Source of the DNA: Opitutia bacterium
Lineage (GTDB): Bacteria; Verrucomicrobiota; Verrucomicrobiia; Opitutales; Opitutaceae
DNA length: 64,000 nucleotides
Direction of reading: 5' to 3'
Assembly (NCBI GenBank): GCA_947478395.1
Contig: CANJVR010000003.1
Span: 64,001-128,000, forward strand
Shown here in pieces: positions 17,309-26,934 of this stretch. The notes under the pieces were generated by a model. It was not told the origin of the DNA, ran no database searches, and saw only the letters and a program-made list of their open reading frames with translations. The position numbers and the translations under genes were made by a program. How positions within the stretch are numbered: position 1 is the first letter of the stretch; each line of letters opens with the position of its first letter.

Positions 17309-18978
17309 CTTTTCAATCGCCCGACCGCCGCGAGCACGATCGATTGATCCGACGCCAATGCCGGCATCTCGGCAAAAACCGCCGCGGCGGCCGAACGATA
17401 ACTCGTCTTCCCTCGGGTGAGCGCCTGCACATAGCGCGTGGCCCGATCGATCAGTTTTAAATTGGTCGGTCGCACCCAGGTCATGACGTTGCCGGCATAG
17501 CGACCCATGCGGCCCATCAGGACGGTCGAATGCGCATTGAGCGCCAGCTTCAGCAACAACGTCTCCTCCAACGCGGTCGCCGCGATCGGTAACACCACAG
17601 CGACCTGACCCACGCTCAATTGCACGCGGCGGTCCGCCCGCAAGCTCACCAAAAACTCGGCGCCGCTCGCACGTTGTACTTTACCGCGCTCGCTCAGATC
17701 GAAGCCGTTCATCCACCCCATCGTCAGCTGCCGGCGAAATCGAAGGGGCGTCGCCCATGCGAGCGGCCGCGGCGTGCGATCGCCCAGCAGTTGCCGCCAC
17801 GCCGCCGCGGCATCGCGTGCGCCGGCCACCGTCACGTAACACCACGAAAGCCGCGGCCTACTTCGAACCGGATTTAATTGTGCGCGGGGTGCCCCCACCC
17901 CACTTGGACCGCTGCGGGGTGCGGGCGCCCCGCGCACAACCTGCGCCACCTGCGCTCCGGCCACCTGCGCGCGACCGCTCGCGAACTCACCTCGGTTCTC
18001 AAACGGCGCCAAATTAAACGTCGGTGCTCGCTCAGTCGTGTCGGCCAGCACCGTGATGGCCCGATGCGACGCGCGATATTCCACGCGACCGCAGCCGCGA
18101 TAGGCGCGTTGTTCGGCGCACACCAACGCGGCTTGGCGCACATGCGGAAAAGTTTTCACCGTCGAGGCCAGTCCATGCAAAAATCGCCCGCAGTCGGCCT
18201 CGTTGCCACCGTGCAAAAGCGCCCAGCCCACCGCGGCCATCTGCACCGTCGTCGCCTGCAACCGCGTGCTGCCGGCCAGCGCCATCGGACCCACCGTAAG
18301 TTCCAACGCTCGCACCCGGGGATGCGTGAGCACTTCGCGACAGCGCGCCAGCGTGGAAATCAAAATTTTCGCCGGATTGCAGAACACAAACCACACCGGT
18401 CGCACGCTTCGCTCCGCGGCCGCCAGCGCCGCCCCGATCACGTACGGCGTTTCGCCGCCCTCAGTCACAGCGATGAGCAAATCGTTTTTTCTGAAACCGA
18501 GCTGCCGCAAATGCCGCGCGCCATATTCGGGATGATCCTCGAATCCCTCAAATGAGCGGACGAGCGCCGCGTCGCCGCCGGCCATAAACGCGACGACATT
18601 TTCCCGCTGATCTGGTGTCGCCTGACGCCGCCACAGCTCTTCGAGATTCAACACCAAGCGTCCCGTGGCGCCACAACCGACCAGAAAAATCCGCCCCCGC
18701 CCCGCGCGGGTGGCGGCGATTTCTTCCGCGAGGTTGGTGATTAACGGCGCGTGTTTCGCCGTGGCACGGAGCGCCGCCGCGTCGACGGCGGCAAAATCGC
18801 GCAGCGCCGCCGCGGGATTATCCTGCGCGAGCTGCGAGAGCCGTCGCGTCCGCGGATGAATCTGTTCAGTCGGCAAATGGCCCAGGCGAAATTCCCCGGC
18901 CAAGCCCAAAAACGCCTCGAGCGAGTTCAATCCGTTGGCCGCGGCGACCGCGGCGGCCTGCTTTTTCTTTTTAACCAC
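17305..18978 (-). CDS. SIS-domain protein, MurQ (N-acetylmuramic acid 6-phosphate etherase)/glucokinase-regulator-like
   Basis: LPTEQIHP, GCGATGRL, AGGDAALVRSFEGFED, EGGETPYV, GPMALAGSTRLQA, GNVMTWVRPTNLKLIDRA. Start GTG 18978 is uncertain. Confidence 0.75.
   Translation of the reverse strand: MVKKKKQAAAVAAANGLNSLEAFLGLAGEFRLGHLPTEQIHPRTRRLSQLAQDNPAAALRDFAAVDAAALRATAKHAPLITNLAEEIAATRAGRGRIFLVGCGATGRLVLNLEELWRRQATPDQRENVVAFMAGGDAALVRSFEGFEDHPEYGARHLRQLGFRKNDLLIAVTEGGETPYVIGAALAAAERSVRPVWFVFCNPAKILISTLARCREVLTHPRVRALELTVGPMALAGSTRLQATTVQMAAVGWALLHGGNEADCGRFLHGLASTVKTFPHVRQAALVCAEQRAYRGCGRVEYRASHRAITVLADTTERAPTFNLAPFENRGEFASGRAQVAGAQVAQVVRGAPAPRSGPSGVGAPRAQLNPVRSRPRLSWCYVTVAGARDAAAAWRQLLGDRTPRPLAWATPLRFRRQLTMGWMNGFDLSERGKVQRASGAEFLVSLRADRRVQLSVGQVAVVLPIAATALEETLLLKLALNAHSTVLMGRMGRYAGNVMTWVRPTNLKLIDRATRYVQALTRGKTSYRSAAAAVFAEMPALASDQSIVLAAVGRLKS
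17878..17939. repeat. Palindromic REP-like doublet inside the MurQ-like CDS
   Basis: TTGTGCGCGGGGTGCCCCCACCCC ... GGGGTGCGGGCGCCCCGCGCACAA inverted repeat. Confidence 0.7.
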
Positions 18979-19218
18979 GCGGCAGCGAAGCAGCGTTCGA
19001 CACGAGGTCGCAAGCGTGCGGAAAAAATCCCGCAAAGATCTTGCCCGCGGTTGCGACCGGCGCACTGCCTTATTTACGAATTCACGGAACGCGTTCCGCC
19101 TGCATTCAATCCAAGTGAACTGCGGCTGCGACGCAGGCCGCATGACGATCACGAAAGGTGGCGTAACTTTTTCCGTCAGGGGCCGGTGAATTGCCGCAGG
19201 GATGATTTTGGGGACTGG

Positions 19219-20502
19219 TCAGCTCACCATCGTGAGCTTGCTCACATCGAGCACATACATCTGCCGTCCACCGCTGTGCGCGGAGTCGATGCAGACCAGT
19301 TTTCCGTCCCGGCTCGCGCGCGGGTGATGGTCGCAACGCCACTCGCCGAGGTACGTCGGCGGACTGAAGAAATGGCCGATCGGAATTTTGCGGGCGGTCG
19401 GGATATGGTAGAGATAAGGATGCTGATAACGCCTCGCGTCGGGATACGTGTCGTTGAGCACCCACTGGTTTTTCGTGCCGGGCAGGTACGTGTTATGGCC
19501 GTTCACGACCATGTCGTCGGGACCGACCGCCTGCACCTCGGTGGTCCGGTCCTTGTAGAGATAAAACTTTTCCGCGGACAGCGACGGATGCCAGGCCCAG
19601 GCCATGACGTGCTCCGGATCGCGCCAGATGAAATGCGAGGTCTTTCCCCACGGATCTATGCAGAACAGATTTTTGCCGTCCCGATCACAGGTGAACGCGC
19701 GCGTATCGAAGCCGCCTGTCGCGGGTCCGCGATTACGCCAGCGATGCAGAAAAAAGAAACGCGAGCCGTCGGTGTTAAACAGCAGGTGATTGAACCAGTG
19801 CTTCGCCTCCGGCACGGGCGCGGATTCCGGCTTGCCGGTAAACGGCCGCTTCGCGATGTCGGCAAAAGTGAACAGCAATTCCTGTTTTCCCGTCGCCATG
19901 TCCATCCGCCAGATGCCGGCGTCGTCCGGCGCTTTCTTCTCGAAATTAGGATCGGGAATTCCGGTGTAACCGTAGCCCGGGCGACAATCGTTGAGTCGGC
20001 GAAAATCAGGGGCGATCGCAACTTTGCCGTCGGGACTGAGATTATAGATTGGTTGCGGCAGCGTGCGCATTTTCCGCGTCTGCACGTCCGTGACGCGGGA
20101 GACGAAGTGATCGCCCTCGCGATCATTCCAAATCACCTCGCGATCGCTCCCGGGTACCCATTGCAGCATGCATCCTTGCTGCCAGTTCCAGGCGTGCGTG
20201 GTGCCGAGTTCAATCCAGCGATCGCCGTCCTGCAAATCCACCATGCCGATGCGGAGAACGTCGTCGGCCTTCGGCGAACGCCCCTCGAAATCAATTTGGT
20301 TCGCCAGCAAGTAACGGTTGTCGGGGGAAAACTGAAACTTGTCGTAATACCCGAACCAATGAAATCGCGGTCCACGCGTGATCGCACGAACCAGCGGAAG
20401 ATTTTCATCGGTGGCGGTGTCGGCGGCGCGGGCGAGCAGGACACCGAGCGACCCCAAGGCTGGGGTGGCCGCGAGTGCCCGCAGAAAATTACGGCGGTGC
20501 AT
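19219..20502 (-). CDS. Tat-exported beta-propeller protein (oligogalacturonate lyase/TolB-like)
   Basis: MHRRNFL twin-arginine signal, HWFGYYDK, AWNWQQGCMLQW, HWFNHLLF, RCDHHPR. Confidence 0.75.
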   Translation of the reverse strand: MHRRNFLRALAATPALGSLGVLLARAADTATDENLPLVRAITRGPRFHWFGYYDKFQFSPDNRYLLANQIDFEGRSPKADDVLRIGMVDLQDGDRWIELGTTHAWNWQQGCMLQWVPGSDREVIWNDREGDHFVSRVTDVQTRKMRTLPQPIYNLSPDGKVAIAPDFRRLNDCRPGYGYTGIPDPNFEKKAPDDAGIWRMDMATGKQELLFTFADIAKRPFTGKPESAPVPEAKHWFNHLLFNTDGSRFFFLHRWRNRGPATGGFDTRAFTCDRDGKNLFCIDPWGKTSHFIWRDPEHVMAWAWHPSLSAEKFYLYKDRTTEVQAVGPDDMVVNGHNTYLPGTKNQWVLNDTYPDARRYQHPYLYHIPTARKIPIGHFFSPPTYLGEWRCDHHPRASRDGKLVCIDSAHSGGRQMYVLDVSKLTMVS

Positions 20503-20664
20503 GGCTGAAACCGTGCTAGGTTCTTGCTCACACTCCACGTCAAATTTCGAGCGGCCAACCTCCAGGAACGGCCTCTGCAACGGTGGGCGGGACGCGGACA
20601 CCCCGCCACCGTTTCGAACTTCGAGGCCTTGCTCGCCCTGTTCAGCGCCCCCAAGTTTCTTCCG

Positions 20665-21642
20665 ATGCCCGCGCTCGAAACGACTCTGCTCCGACTGACC
20701 GAAGCGGATTGGCGCGCCCGCCAGTCGGCGCACGAAGCTCGCGTGCGCGCGTGGACGGATCCCCACCAAGCCCGCGCGGCCCGCGGAGAAAAGCATCCGG
20801 TCTTCGATTTTTTGTTCACGTATTACGCGTTTCGGGCGGCGTGGCTACGTCGCTGGCATCCGGGACCGGACGTCGCGCTGCTTGGCGAAAGCGCGCGCGA
20901 ATTTCTCCGCTGGCCCGAGTATCGCGAGGTGCACCTAGGAGCGCGGCCGCCGTCGGCCACAACTTCATCAATCGATGCGGACGAGGGCGTCCGCGCTCCC
21001 ACCGCCGTCGCCGTCGATCCCACGCAGTTGCCTGAACATCGCCGCGCTTTCGTCGCCTGGCTGCGCGATCTGTTGACGGCTGTGCAAACCCGCCCGGCCT
21101 TCTTTGGCTGTTTCGGCCTGCACGAATGGGCGATGGTTTACCGGCAAACACCTGACGAGATTCGCCACAACGCCTACGCGCTCCGTTTCCCTCCGGCCGA
21201 ACTCGCCCGCATCGTGGAGGGCTCGCCGATCACCTGCACCCACTTCGACGCGTTTCGCTTTTTCACCGCGCCCGCCCGTCCGCTGAACAAACTCCAGCCC
21301 ACGCGTGAAACCGCGCCGCAACACGAGCAGCGCGGGTGTCTCCACGCCGGCATGGATCTCTACAAGTGGGCGTTCAAGCTGGCGCCGTTTACGCCGAGCG
21401 AACTGATCGCCGATTGTTTCGCCCTCGCGCGCGACATTCGGGAAATCGACATGCGCGCGAGCCCGTATGATCTCCGTTCGCTGGGCTATGAACCCATCGC
21501 GATCGAAACGCCGGCTGGCCGCGCCGAATACGAACAGCACCAGCGTGCGTTCGCGACGCGCAGCGAACCACTCCGCGCGCGGCTCATCATGCTGTGCGAG
21601 CGACTGCTCACAACGGGTGAGACCGAGGTCGGCGTGCGTTGA
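20665..21642 (+). CDS. Conserved protein often annotated as '3-methyladenine DNA glycosylase' (function unverified)
   Basis: KHPVFDFLFTYY, LRRWHPG, CFGLHEWAMVY, CTHFDAFRFFT, GCLHAGMDLYKW, DMRASPYDL. Confidence 0.75.
   Translation: MPALETTLLRLTEADWRARQSAHEARVRAWTDPHQARAARGEKHPVFDFLFTYYAFRAAWLRRWHPGPDVALLGESAREFLRWPEYREVHLGARPPSATTSSIDADEGVRAPTAVAVDPTQLPEHRRAFVAWLRDLLTAVQTRPAFFGCFGLHEWAMVYRQTPDEIRHNAYALRFPPAELARIVEGSPITCTHFDAFRFFTAPARPLNKLQPTRETAPQHEQRGCLHAGMDLYKWAFKLAPFTPSELIADCFALARDIREIDMRASPYDLRSLGYEPIAIETPAGRAEYEQHQRAFATRSEPLRARLIMLCERLLTTGETEVGVR
20936..21001 (+). repeat. GGAGCGCGG-type REP doublet inserted in-frame
   Basis: TAGGAGCGCGGCCGCCGTCGGCCAC ... GCGGACGAGGGCGTCCGCGCTCCCA; 66 nt = 22 codons. 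Confidence 0.7.
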
Positions 21643-21834
21643 GCCCGATGCGCTGGCTTGAGGCTGCAAACGCGTCTTGCGGTCAAGCCACCCTGCTCCC
21701 GCGCACTTATTTCTTCGGCACGATTTACCTCACGACATCCGCGAAACACTCCGCTGGTGCCAGCCGATCGCCACCACGCTCAAATTCTAATCGGCCGAAG
21801 ACTTGCCCCGCGCTCAAGGCCAGGCGTGCTCGCC

Positions 21835-22029
21835 ATGAAACGCACCGGCCAGTTTCAGGGAGTCGCCCAAGTTTCACCGCGCACCATCCCCCGGGCAGAA
21901 CGCCCCGAGCTGGGTCTTGCCCTCGTTAAAAACTTCATCGAAGCCCAAGGCGGTCACGCCGGTCCTGATTTCCCAGATCAAGGCGGCAGCGTATTTTGGT
22001 TCGAGTTGCGTGCCGCTCCGGAAGCGTGA
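21835..22029 (+). pseudogene. Decayed C-terminal HATPase_c fragment of a histidine kinase
   Basis: ELGLALVKNFIEAQGG...GGSVFWFEL resembles the G2 box and terminal strand; no H/N boxes upstream. Confidence 0.55.
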
Positions 22030-22106
22030 CACAAACTCGCCATCGTCGATCTCACTGACTGCGGATCGCGCTTGGCTCTCAAAAAAACAAACTGTCTATC
22101 TCCCCG

Positions 22107-23189
22107 ATGGCCACCGAGCCCGCCGACTCCCTCATTGCCACCCGGCGCAAGCCGAGCTTTCCCGTGGGCGACGGCCTGCGCTCCTATCTGCGGCGCTACA
22201 AACGCGACCGCGAACTGCCCATCACGTACGAGCGGCTCCGGGATTTCCACGAGGTCATCCCGCTGGCCGACGCCGACGGCCGGCCCACACTGTGGGACAC
22301 GGTCATTTATTCCGCGGAGGAAATGCCCGCACTGAACGAGGCGCTCAAGCAGGTCTACGCCTTGCTGAAAGTGGACGGCGATTTGAGCGTCGTGCAGCAT
22401 CTCTACGTCGACCGCGTCGACTTCTGCACCTTCGGCAACTCAACGCCGTTTCGGATCCGGATCGTCAACGCATTCAATGACAATCAGGACTATTTTTATC
22501 TCAAAAAAGCCGATGCGTCGCGCGTCTACGGGCTCGAACTCGAGCATCTGCTTTCACCCAACCGGCTCAACTTCATCACGCATGGCGCCACGCTCGTCGA
22601 GGAGCACGTTGCAGGCGTGCCCGGGGATATTTTTATCGAGCACTGGCTGGGCCGGCGGCCGGAATTGAAACCGGTGCGCGTCGCCAAGGAACTCGTGAAG
22701 TTCAACGAGCGCTGCTTCGTGCGCCTGCTGGGCGATATGCGCGCGTACAATTTTGTCTTCGTCGTCACGCCGGATTTCGAGGAAGCGCAGTTGCGGTTAC
22801 GCGCGATGGATTTCGATCAGCAAAGTTACAATGGACGGCTCAAGTTTTATCTCCCGCAGTTTTTCAAGGAGAACGCCGCGCTCGCACTTTTTTGCGCGAA
22901 GCATCTGCGGCAAGAAACGGCGCACCAATACCAGCGCGAGGAGCAGACGCTGATCCTGCAACGAGCCAATCTGGCTTCGGACCGACTCAGCTTACTACTG
23001 CACGAAATGTCCCACGACCCGATCGCGCCGATCGAGAAAGTACACCGGCTCCGCACGAGTCTGGCCGAACACTATGGCCGCAACGACTACCTGCGCTGCG
23101 AATCGATGGGCGCATTGGTTCGCGAGAACCTTGAGTCGATTCGACGGCACGTTGGTCGTGCCGTTGTCCCGGAACTTGTGCCGGAATAA
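22107..23189 (+). CDS. Conserved hypothetical protein with possible atypical kinase-like motifs
   Basis: 360-aa ORF; FGNSTPFRIRI, YFYLKKADASRVYGLELEH, LLGDMRAYNF, RAMDFDQ. Confidence 0.75.
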   Translation: MATEPADSLIATRRKPSFPVGDGLRSYLRRYKRDRELPITYERLRDFHEVIPLADADGRPTLWDTVIYSAEEMPALNEALKQVYALLKVDGDLSVVQHLYVDRVDFCTFGNSTPFRIRIVNAFNDNQDYFYLKKADASRVYGLELEHLLSPNRLNFITHGATLVEEHVAGVPGDIFIEHWLGRRPELKPVRVAKELVKFNERCFVRLLGDMRAYNFVFVVTPDFEEAQLRLRAMDFDQQSYNGRLKFYLPQFFKENAALALFCAKHLRQETAHQYQREEQTLILQRANLASDRLSLLLHEMSHDPIAPIEKVHRLRTSLAEHYGRNDYLRCESMGALVRENLESIRRHVGRAVVPELVPE

Positions 23190-23748
23190 TTCCGCCGGAA
23201 GGAGGAGCCCAATTCCGCCGGATAAAACGGAACGTCTCCGCCCGAATTTCACGCCTCCGTTCCTTTGGTTTTAAAAAACACTTTCTAAAGAGCAGTTGTG
23301 AAAAGCCTATCATCCCTGCCGGCAAAAAAATTTAACCGTTTCGTCCAAACCTTATCCCAGGCGCTTCGATCAACGCCTGAAAAATTCCAGTGATAAGCGC
23401 CGCGGCGTTTCGCTCCTGCGACAGGGTAACGCGAAATCCGCACCGTACGATGACGAGAAGCACGCCCGGATGTGACCAGCCGCGGCAACCCACGACCTGC
23501 ACCGCCTTGTCCCGGCGTATCGCGCGCCGCCGAAAATCTCGGCCAAGGGGCGGCGATATTAGCGTAAGGGAAACGCCCGGAGTGCACCCAAACAACCGAC
23601 CGCGCCGCGATCGCCCGCCGCAAATCCAATTGGGAAATGCGGGGGCGCGACTTCGCGGCGCCATCTGCGGTGTCGCACCCCGATCATCCACCGAGCGAAT
23701 CGCGGACCATGACCGCTTCAGCGGAATTTGAACACCGACCGGCCCGTC

Positions 23749-23773
23749 GTAGGCCAGGGCGCTGGCCCAGACC
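23749..23773 (+). repeat. Degenerate GTAG-type REP
   Basis: GTAGGCCAGGGCGCTGGCCCAGACC. Confidence 0.4.
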
Positions 23774-23802
23774 GACGATCGCGCACGCCGTTCACACGGC
23801 GG

Positions 23803-24579
23803 TTACTTCATGCGGGAAAAATCTGTCGGCGTGAGGAACACCGACTTAACGTCCGTCGTGAGTGAGCCGCCCGCTTTTGTCTCCGACGCCGTCTTGGCTG
23901 CGATCCATTTGGGATCGGCCCGGAACGCAGCCCAAGCCGTCGTGGCTGCTTCACGACTCGGATAGGCGAGGAGATAAATCAGCGTGCGACCCGCGCCTTT
24001 CGGCGCATCCGTCGGATGCCAGTACGCAACGCTGACGATCCCATGCTGCGCAAACAGTGCGCGCGTGTGATCGCGAAACCGCGCGTTGAGTGCATCGATG
24101 CCATTCTCCGGCGTCGTGTAGGTACGAAGTTCGAACACGCGGGCCGGGGTCGAGGCCTTGCTCACCAGTGCGGGTGAAAAATCGGCCGCGCTCATGAAGA
24201 CCGACTCCGCCTTGGCGACGATCTTACCCTGTGCCTCGCTGGCTTTACGCGCCTCCACCCATTCCGGGTCGGCGTTAAAGGCCGCCCACGATGCAGTCGC
24301 AGCGGCACGGCTCGCATGTTCAAGCACGTAGACGAGCTTCTCGCCCGCGCCGTCCGCGGCATCCATCGGGCTAAAATAGCCGACATTGATCATTCCGTGT
24401 TTTTCAAAGATCCGCGTCGTGTGATCGCGGAAACGGGCGAGGACGTTGGCAATTTTGCCGGGCGTCGCCGTATAGGTGCGCAATTCATAGACGCGGGTGT
24501 CGTCCGCCGCGCGCAGTCCGGCGACGGCGCACAACAGGAGAAAGCTGCCGGTGAGAAAACGAAGCGTGGGATAGTTCAT
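23803..24579 (-). CDS. Secreted tandem NIPSNAP-domain protein
   Basis: Signal peptide and two YELRTY/FELRTY...RFRDHT...W.AF.ADP.W repeats. Start ATG 24579. Confidence 0.9.
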   Translation of the reverse strand: MNYPTLRFLTGSFLLLCAVAGLRAADDTRVYELRTYTATPGKIANVLARFRDHTTRIFEKHGMINVGYFSPMDAADGAGEKLVYVLEHASRAAATASWAAFNADPEWVEARKASEAQGKIVAKAESVFMSAADFSPALVSKASTPARVFELRTYTTPENGIDALNARFRDHTRALFAQHGIVSVAYWHPTDAPKGAGRTLIYLLAYPSREAATTAWAAFRADPKWIAAKTASETKAGGSLTTDVKSVFLTPTDFSRMK

Positions 24580-24607
24580 GGATTTGGGGAAAGAAATTTC
24601 AGGGCAA

Positions 24608-24946
24608 TCAATTTGTCCAGTAGCCGGCGTGAGCCTTGTCGGACCCGGCGCCGGCGAGTTCGCCCGCCTGCGCTTCCTCCGGAGGAAGCTCCTCGATCGG
24701 GGCAAAACGCTCCGAAGTAAAGCCGAGCTCTTGTTTACCTTGATGAAACGGATCGGGGGGATTCGTGAGTTCGGTCAGCAACAGACCGACGGTGGCGGTT
24801 TCACCGCCCCGCACAACTTTTTCCCGGCCCAAAAAAACTTCCCGGATCGTGTAGGTCTCATCTTTCACCGGCAGCTGCTTATACAGCGCGCGGATGAACG
24901 AAGGAAACGTATCGTTGATGCAGACCACTTTCTGACCTTTGACCAT
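24608..24946 (-). CDS. Conserved hypothetical protein
   Basis: GQKVVCIND, YTIREV, ELGFTSERF; co-oriented with its neighbours. Confidence 0.75.
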   Translation of the reverse strand: MVKGQKVVCINDTFPSFIRALYKQLPVKDETYTIREVFLGREKVVRGGETATVGLLLTELTNPPDPFHQGKQELGFTSERFAPIEELPPEEAQAGELAGAGSDKAHAGYWTN

Positions 24947-25012
24947 GAGGAAGAAGAATTCGGAAATTGAATAGGTGGCAAAGTGGAAAAAGGAAAATGT
25001 GTCGGATGATTT

Positions 25013-25474
25013 TTATTCGATGCGGCCTTCGTCAAAATCGATCAGATCGGGGACCGACTTGATTTCGCCGGCGCGATCCGCGCAGCCCATGGCCGTAAGC
25101 GCGGTCTTTAGAAATTCTTGGCCGGCCTCGGTCATGCCCTTTTGCACGAGTTCACGATTCCATCGCGCGGCGCGCACCTCTGGAGGAAAAAGCGCCAACA
25201 GACGTCGGTCGATTTCGGCGTCATCGGCTGAAGTATGGACGATGGTCTCGACCTCGACCGGATCCACGCCGAGGTGGAGCGACAAGAATCGATCGAGCCC
25301 GCGCTTGTAATTCTTTGCGTAGCTGGCCGGCAGCGCTCCGTGAGTTTTCACGTATTTGCACTTCGCGATGAAACGCGGGAGATAGAGCAATCCGGTGGCG
25401 GCGTGCGGCAAATAAGGCGACGGCAGCGTGGTCAGCACTTCTCCGGTGGAGCCGGGAATGGGTTTCGAAGACAT
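25013..25474 (-). CDS. DUF5069 domain protein
   Basis: LPSPY..GLLYLPRFIAK, GLDRFL, LIDFDEGR. Confidence 0.75.
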   Translation of the reverse strand: MSSKPIPGSTGEVLTTLPSPYLPHAATGLLYLPRFIAKCKYVKTHGALPASYAKNYKRGLDRFLSLHLGVDPVEVETIVHTSADDAEIDRRLLALFPPEVRAARWNRELVQKGMTEAGQEFLKTALTAMGCADRAGEIKSVPDLIDFDEGRIE

Positions 25475-25785
25475 GGCGGACAACCAACAACTCCCGGCTC
25501 GTTCGCGCCAGCAAAAGCGCGTTCCGCCTCACGCGCAAATTCACGCCTCAATCAAATCAGGCCATGAGCCGCAGAGCTGGGCCGCGTGCCTGGCTCTTTC
25601 TGTTCGTCCGCCGAAAACTGAACGGCCACGGCGCCAGCCCAGCGACCGAAAAAATTCCCAAGCCCGCGCCCGCTAAAGCGGAAACCGAACGACGCTATCA
25701 GGGCCGGCAAATCACGCGGCGGCAGGAGCGGCTCAAAGCATGGAGCTTGCCGCGCGCAACGCCGCGCCCTCACATCGCTACGATC

Positions 25786-26265
25786 ATGGATAAAGCCGCG
25801 CTGCGCCACGCGATTCTTGCTCAACTGCAAGGCGAACTCGCCACGCTTACGACCGCCGCACACGACGCCCATGCCGAAGCGACCGACGAAGAAAACCGCG
25901 CCGAGGACAAATACGACATGCGCAGCCAGTCCGCCGCCTACCTGGCCGCCGGCCAGGCAAAACTCGCCACCGAACTCTCGGATGCGATCGGCGCATATCA
26001 GACCCTCGCCCTGCCAGAATTCGCCGTCGGCGATATCATCGCGACCGGCGCGCTCGTCACCCTGGAGTCAAACGGGCGGCCGACCCTTTATTTTCTCGGT
26101 CCGGCTCGCGGTGGACTGGAACTCGCGATCGATGGGCGGACGGTCTTGGTCGTCACGGCCGCTTCTCCCTTGGGTCGACAATTCGTTGGGCGCCGGGCCG
26201 GTGACAGCATCGCCCTCCCCGTCCGGACGGGCTCGAGCGTGCACATTATTACGGCGGTTTCCTAG
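25786..26265 (+). CDS. GreA/GreB-like transcription elongation factor family protein
   Basis: AHAEATDEENRAEDKYD, AAYLAAGQ, GALVTL, SPLGRQFVG. Confidence 0.8.
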   Translation: MDKAALRHAILAQLQGELATLTTAAHDAHAEATDEENRAEDKYDMRSQSAAYLAAGQAKLATELSDAIGAYQTLALPEFAVGDIIATGALVTLESNGRPTLYFLGPARGGLELAIDGRTVLVVTAASPLGRQFVGRRAGDSIALPVRTGSSVHIITAVS

Positions 26266-26358
26266 CCTAACGGCACCCGCGCGAGATGCGACCGCGACGG
26301 TCCGCGCTCCCTCGACGCCGCCTCAGCGGCACGGGCACCATGCAAGAAGCTGGCCCCG

Positions 26359-26853
26359 CTACGACTTTAGCGCCGCCACGATACGCTTCTCAAAATCTTC
26401 CGCCGGCTCCGCGCCCACTTTGCGAACACGAATCACGCCCGTGCGGTCGATGATGAAGGTCGTGGGAATCGCATCCATGCCACCAAAGGCCTGCTGGATG
26501 TCCTCGTCGCCCATCACCATTTGATAATTTACGCCAAACTTCTCGACGAAGGCCTTGACCACTTCCGTTCCGCCTTGATCGAGCGAGACTCCAATAATCA
26601 CCAGCCCGTCCTTGCCGTACTTATTCTGCAGCGCGACATAGCCCGGGATCTCCGCGCGACAAGGCGGACACCAAGTCGCCCAGAAATCGACGACCACCAC
26701 TTTCCCCTTGAAAGCATCGGAGCTGACCAGTTTGCCGTCCAAATCCTTCAGCTTCCAAGCCGGCGCGGCCCGCGGCACGACCGGTTCGGCCCGTGAACAC
26801 GCCCCGAGGATAAAAACCAAAACCAGGCAAAATGAAGCGCCCAAGGATTTCAT
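26359..26853 (-). CDS. TlpA-family thiol-disulfide oxidoreductase, probable lipoprotein
   Basis: LGAC lipobox, DFWATWCPPCRAEIP, IPTTFIIDR. Confidence 0.9.
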   Translation of the reverse strand: MKSLGASFCLVLVFILGACSRAEPVVPRAAPAWKLKDLDGKLVSSDAFKGKVVVVDFWATWCPPCRAEIPGYVALQNKYGKDGLVIIGVSLDQGGTEVVKAFVEKFGVNYQMVMGDEDIQQAFGGMDAIPTTFIIDRTGVIRVRKVGAEPAEDFEKRIVAALKS

Positions 26854-26934
26854 GATAAAGAGAAGCTAGGAACGAAAGGGTGAGCCGCAAATTCTCTGCC
26901 CGGATATTCGGGAAACCACACCTTGAGCACCTCC

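Noticed and set aside
18751..20508. 585-aa plus-strand ORF
   Set aside because: Overlaps two well-supported minus-strand genes; Arg-rich shadow sequence
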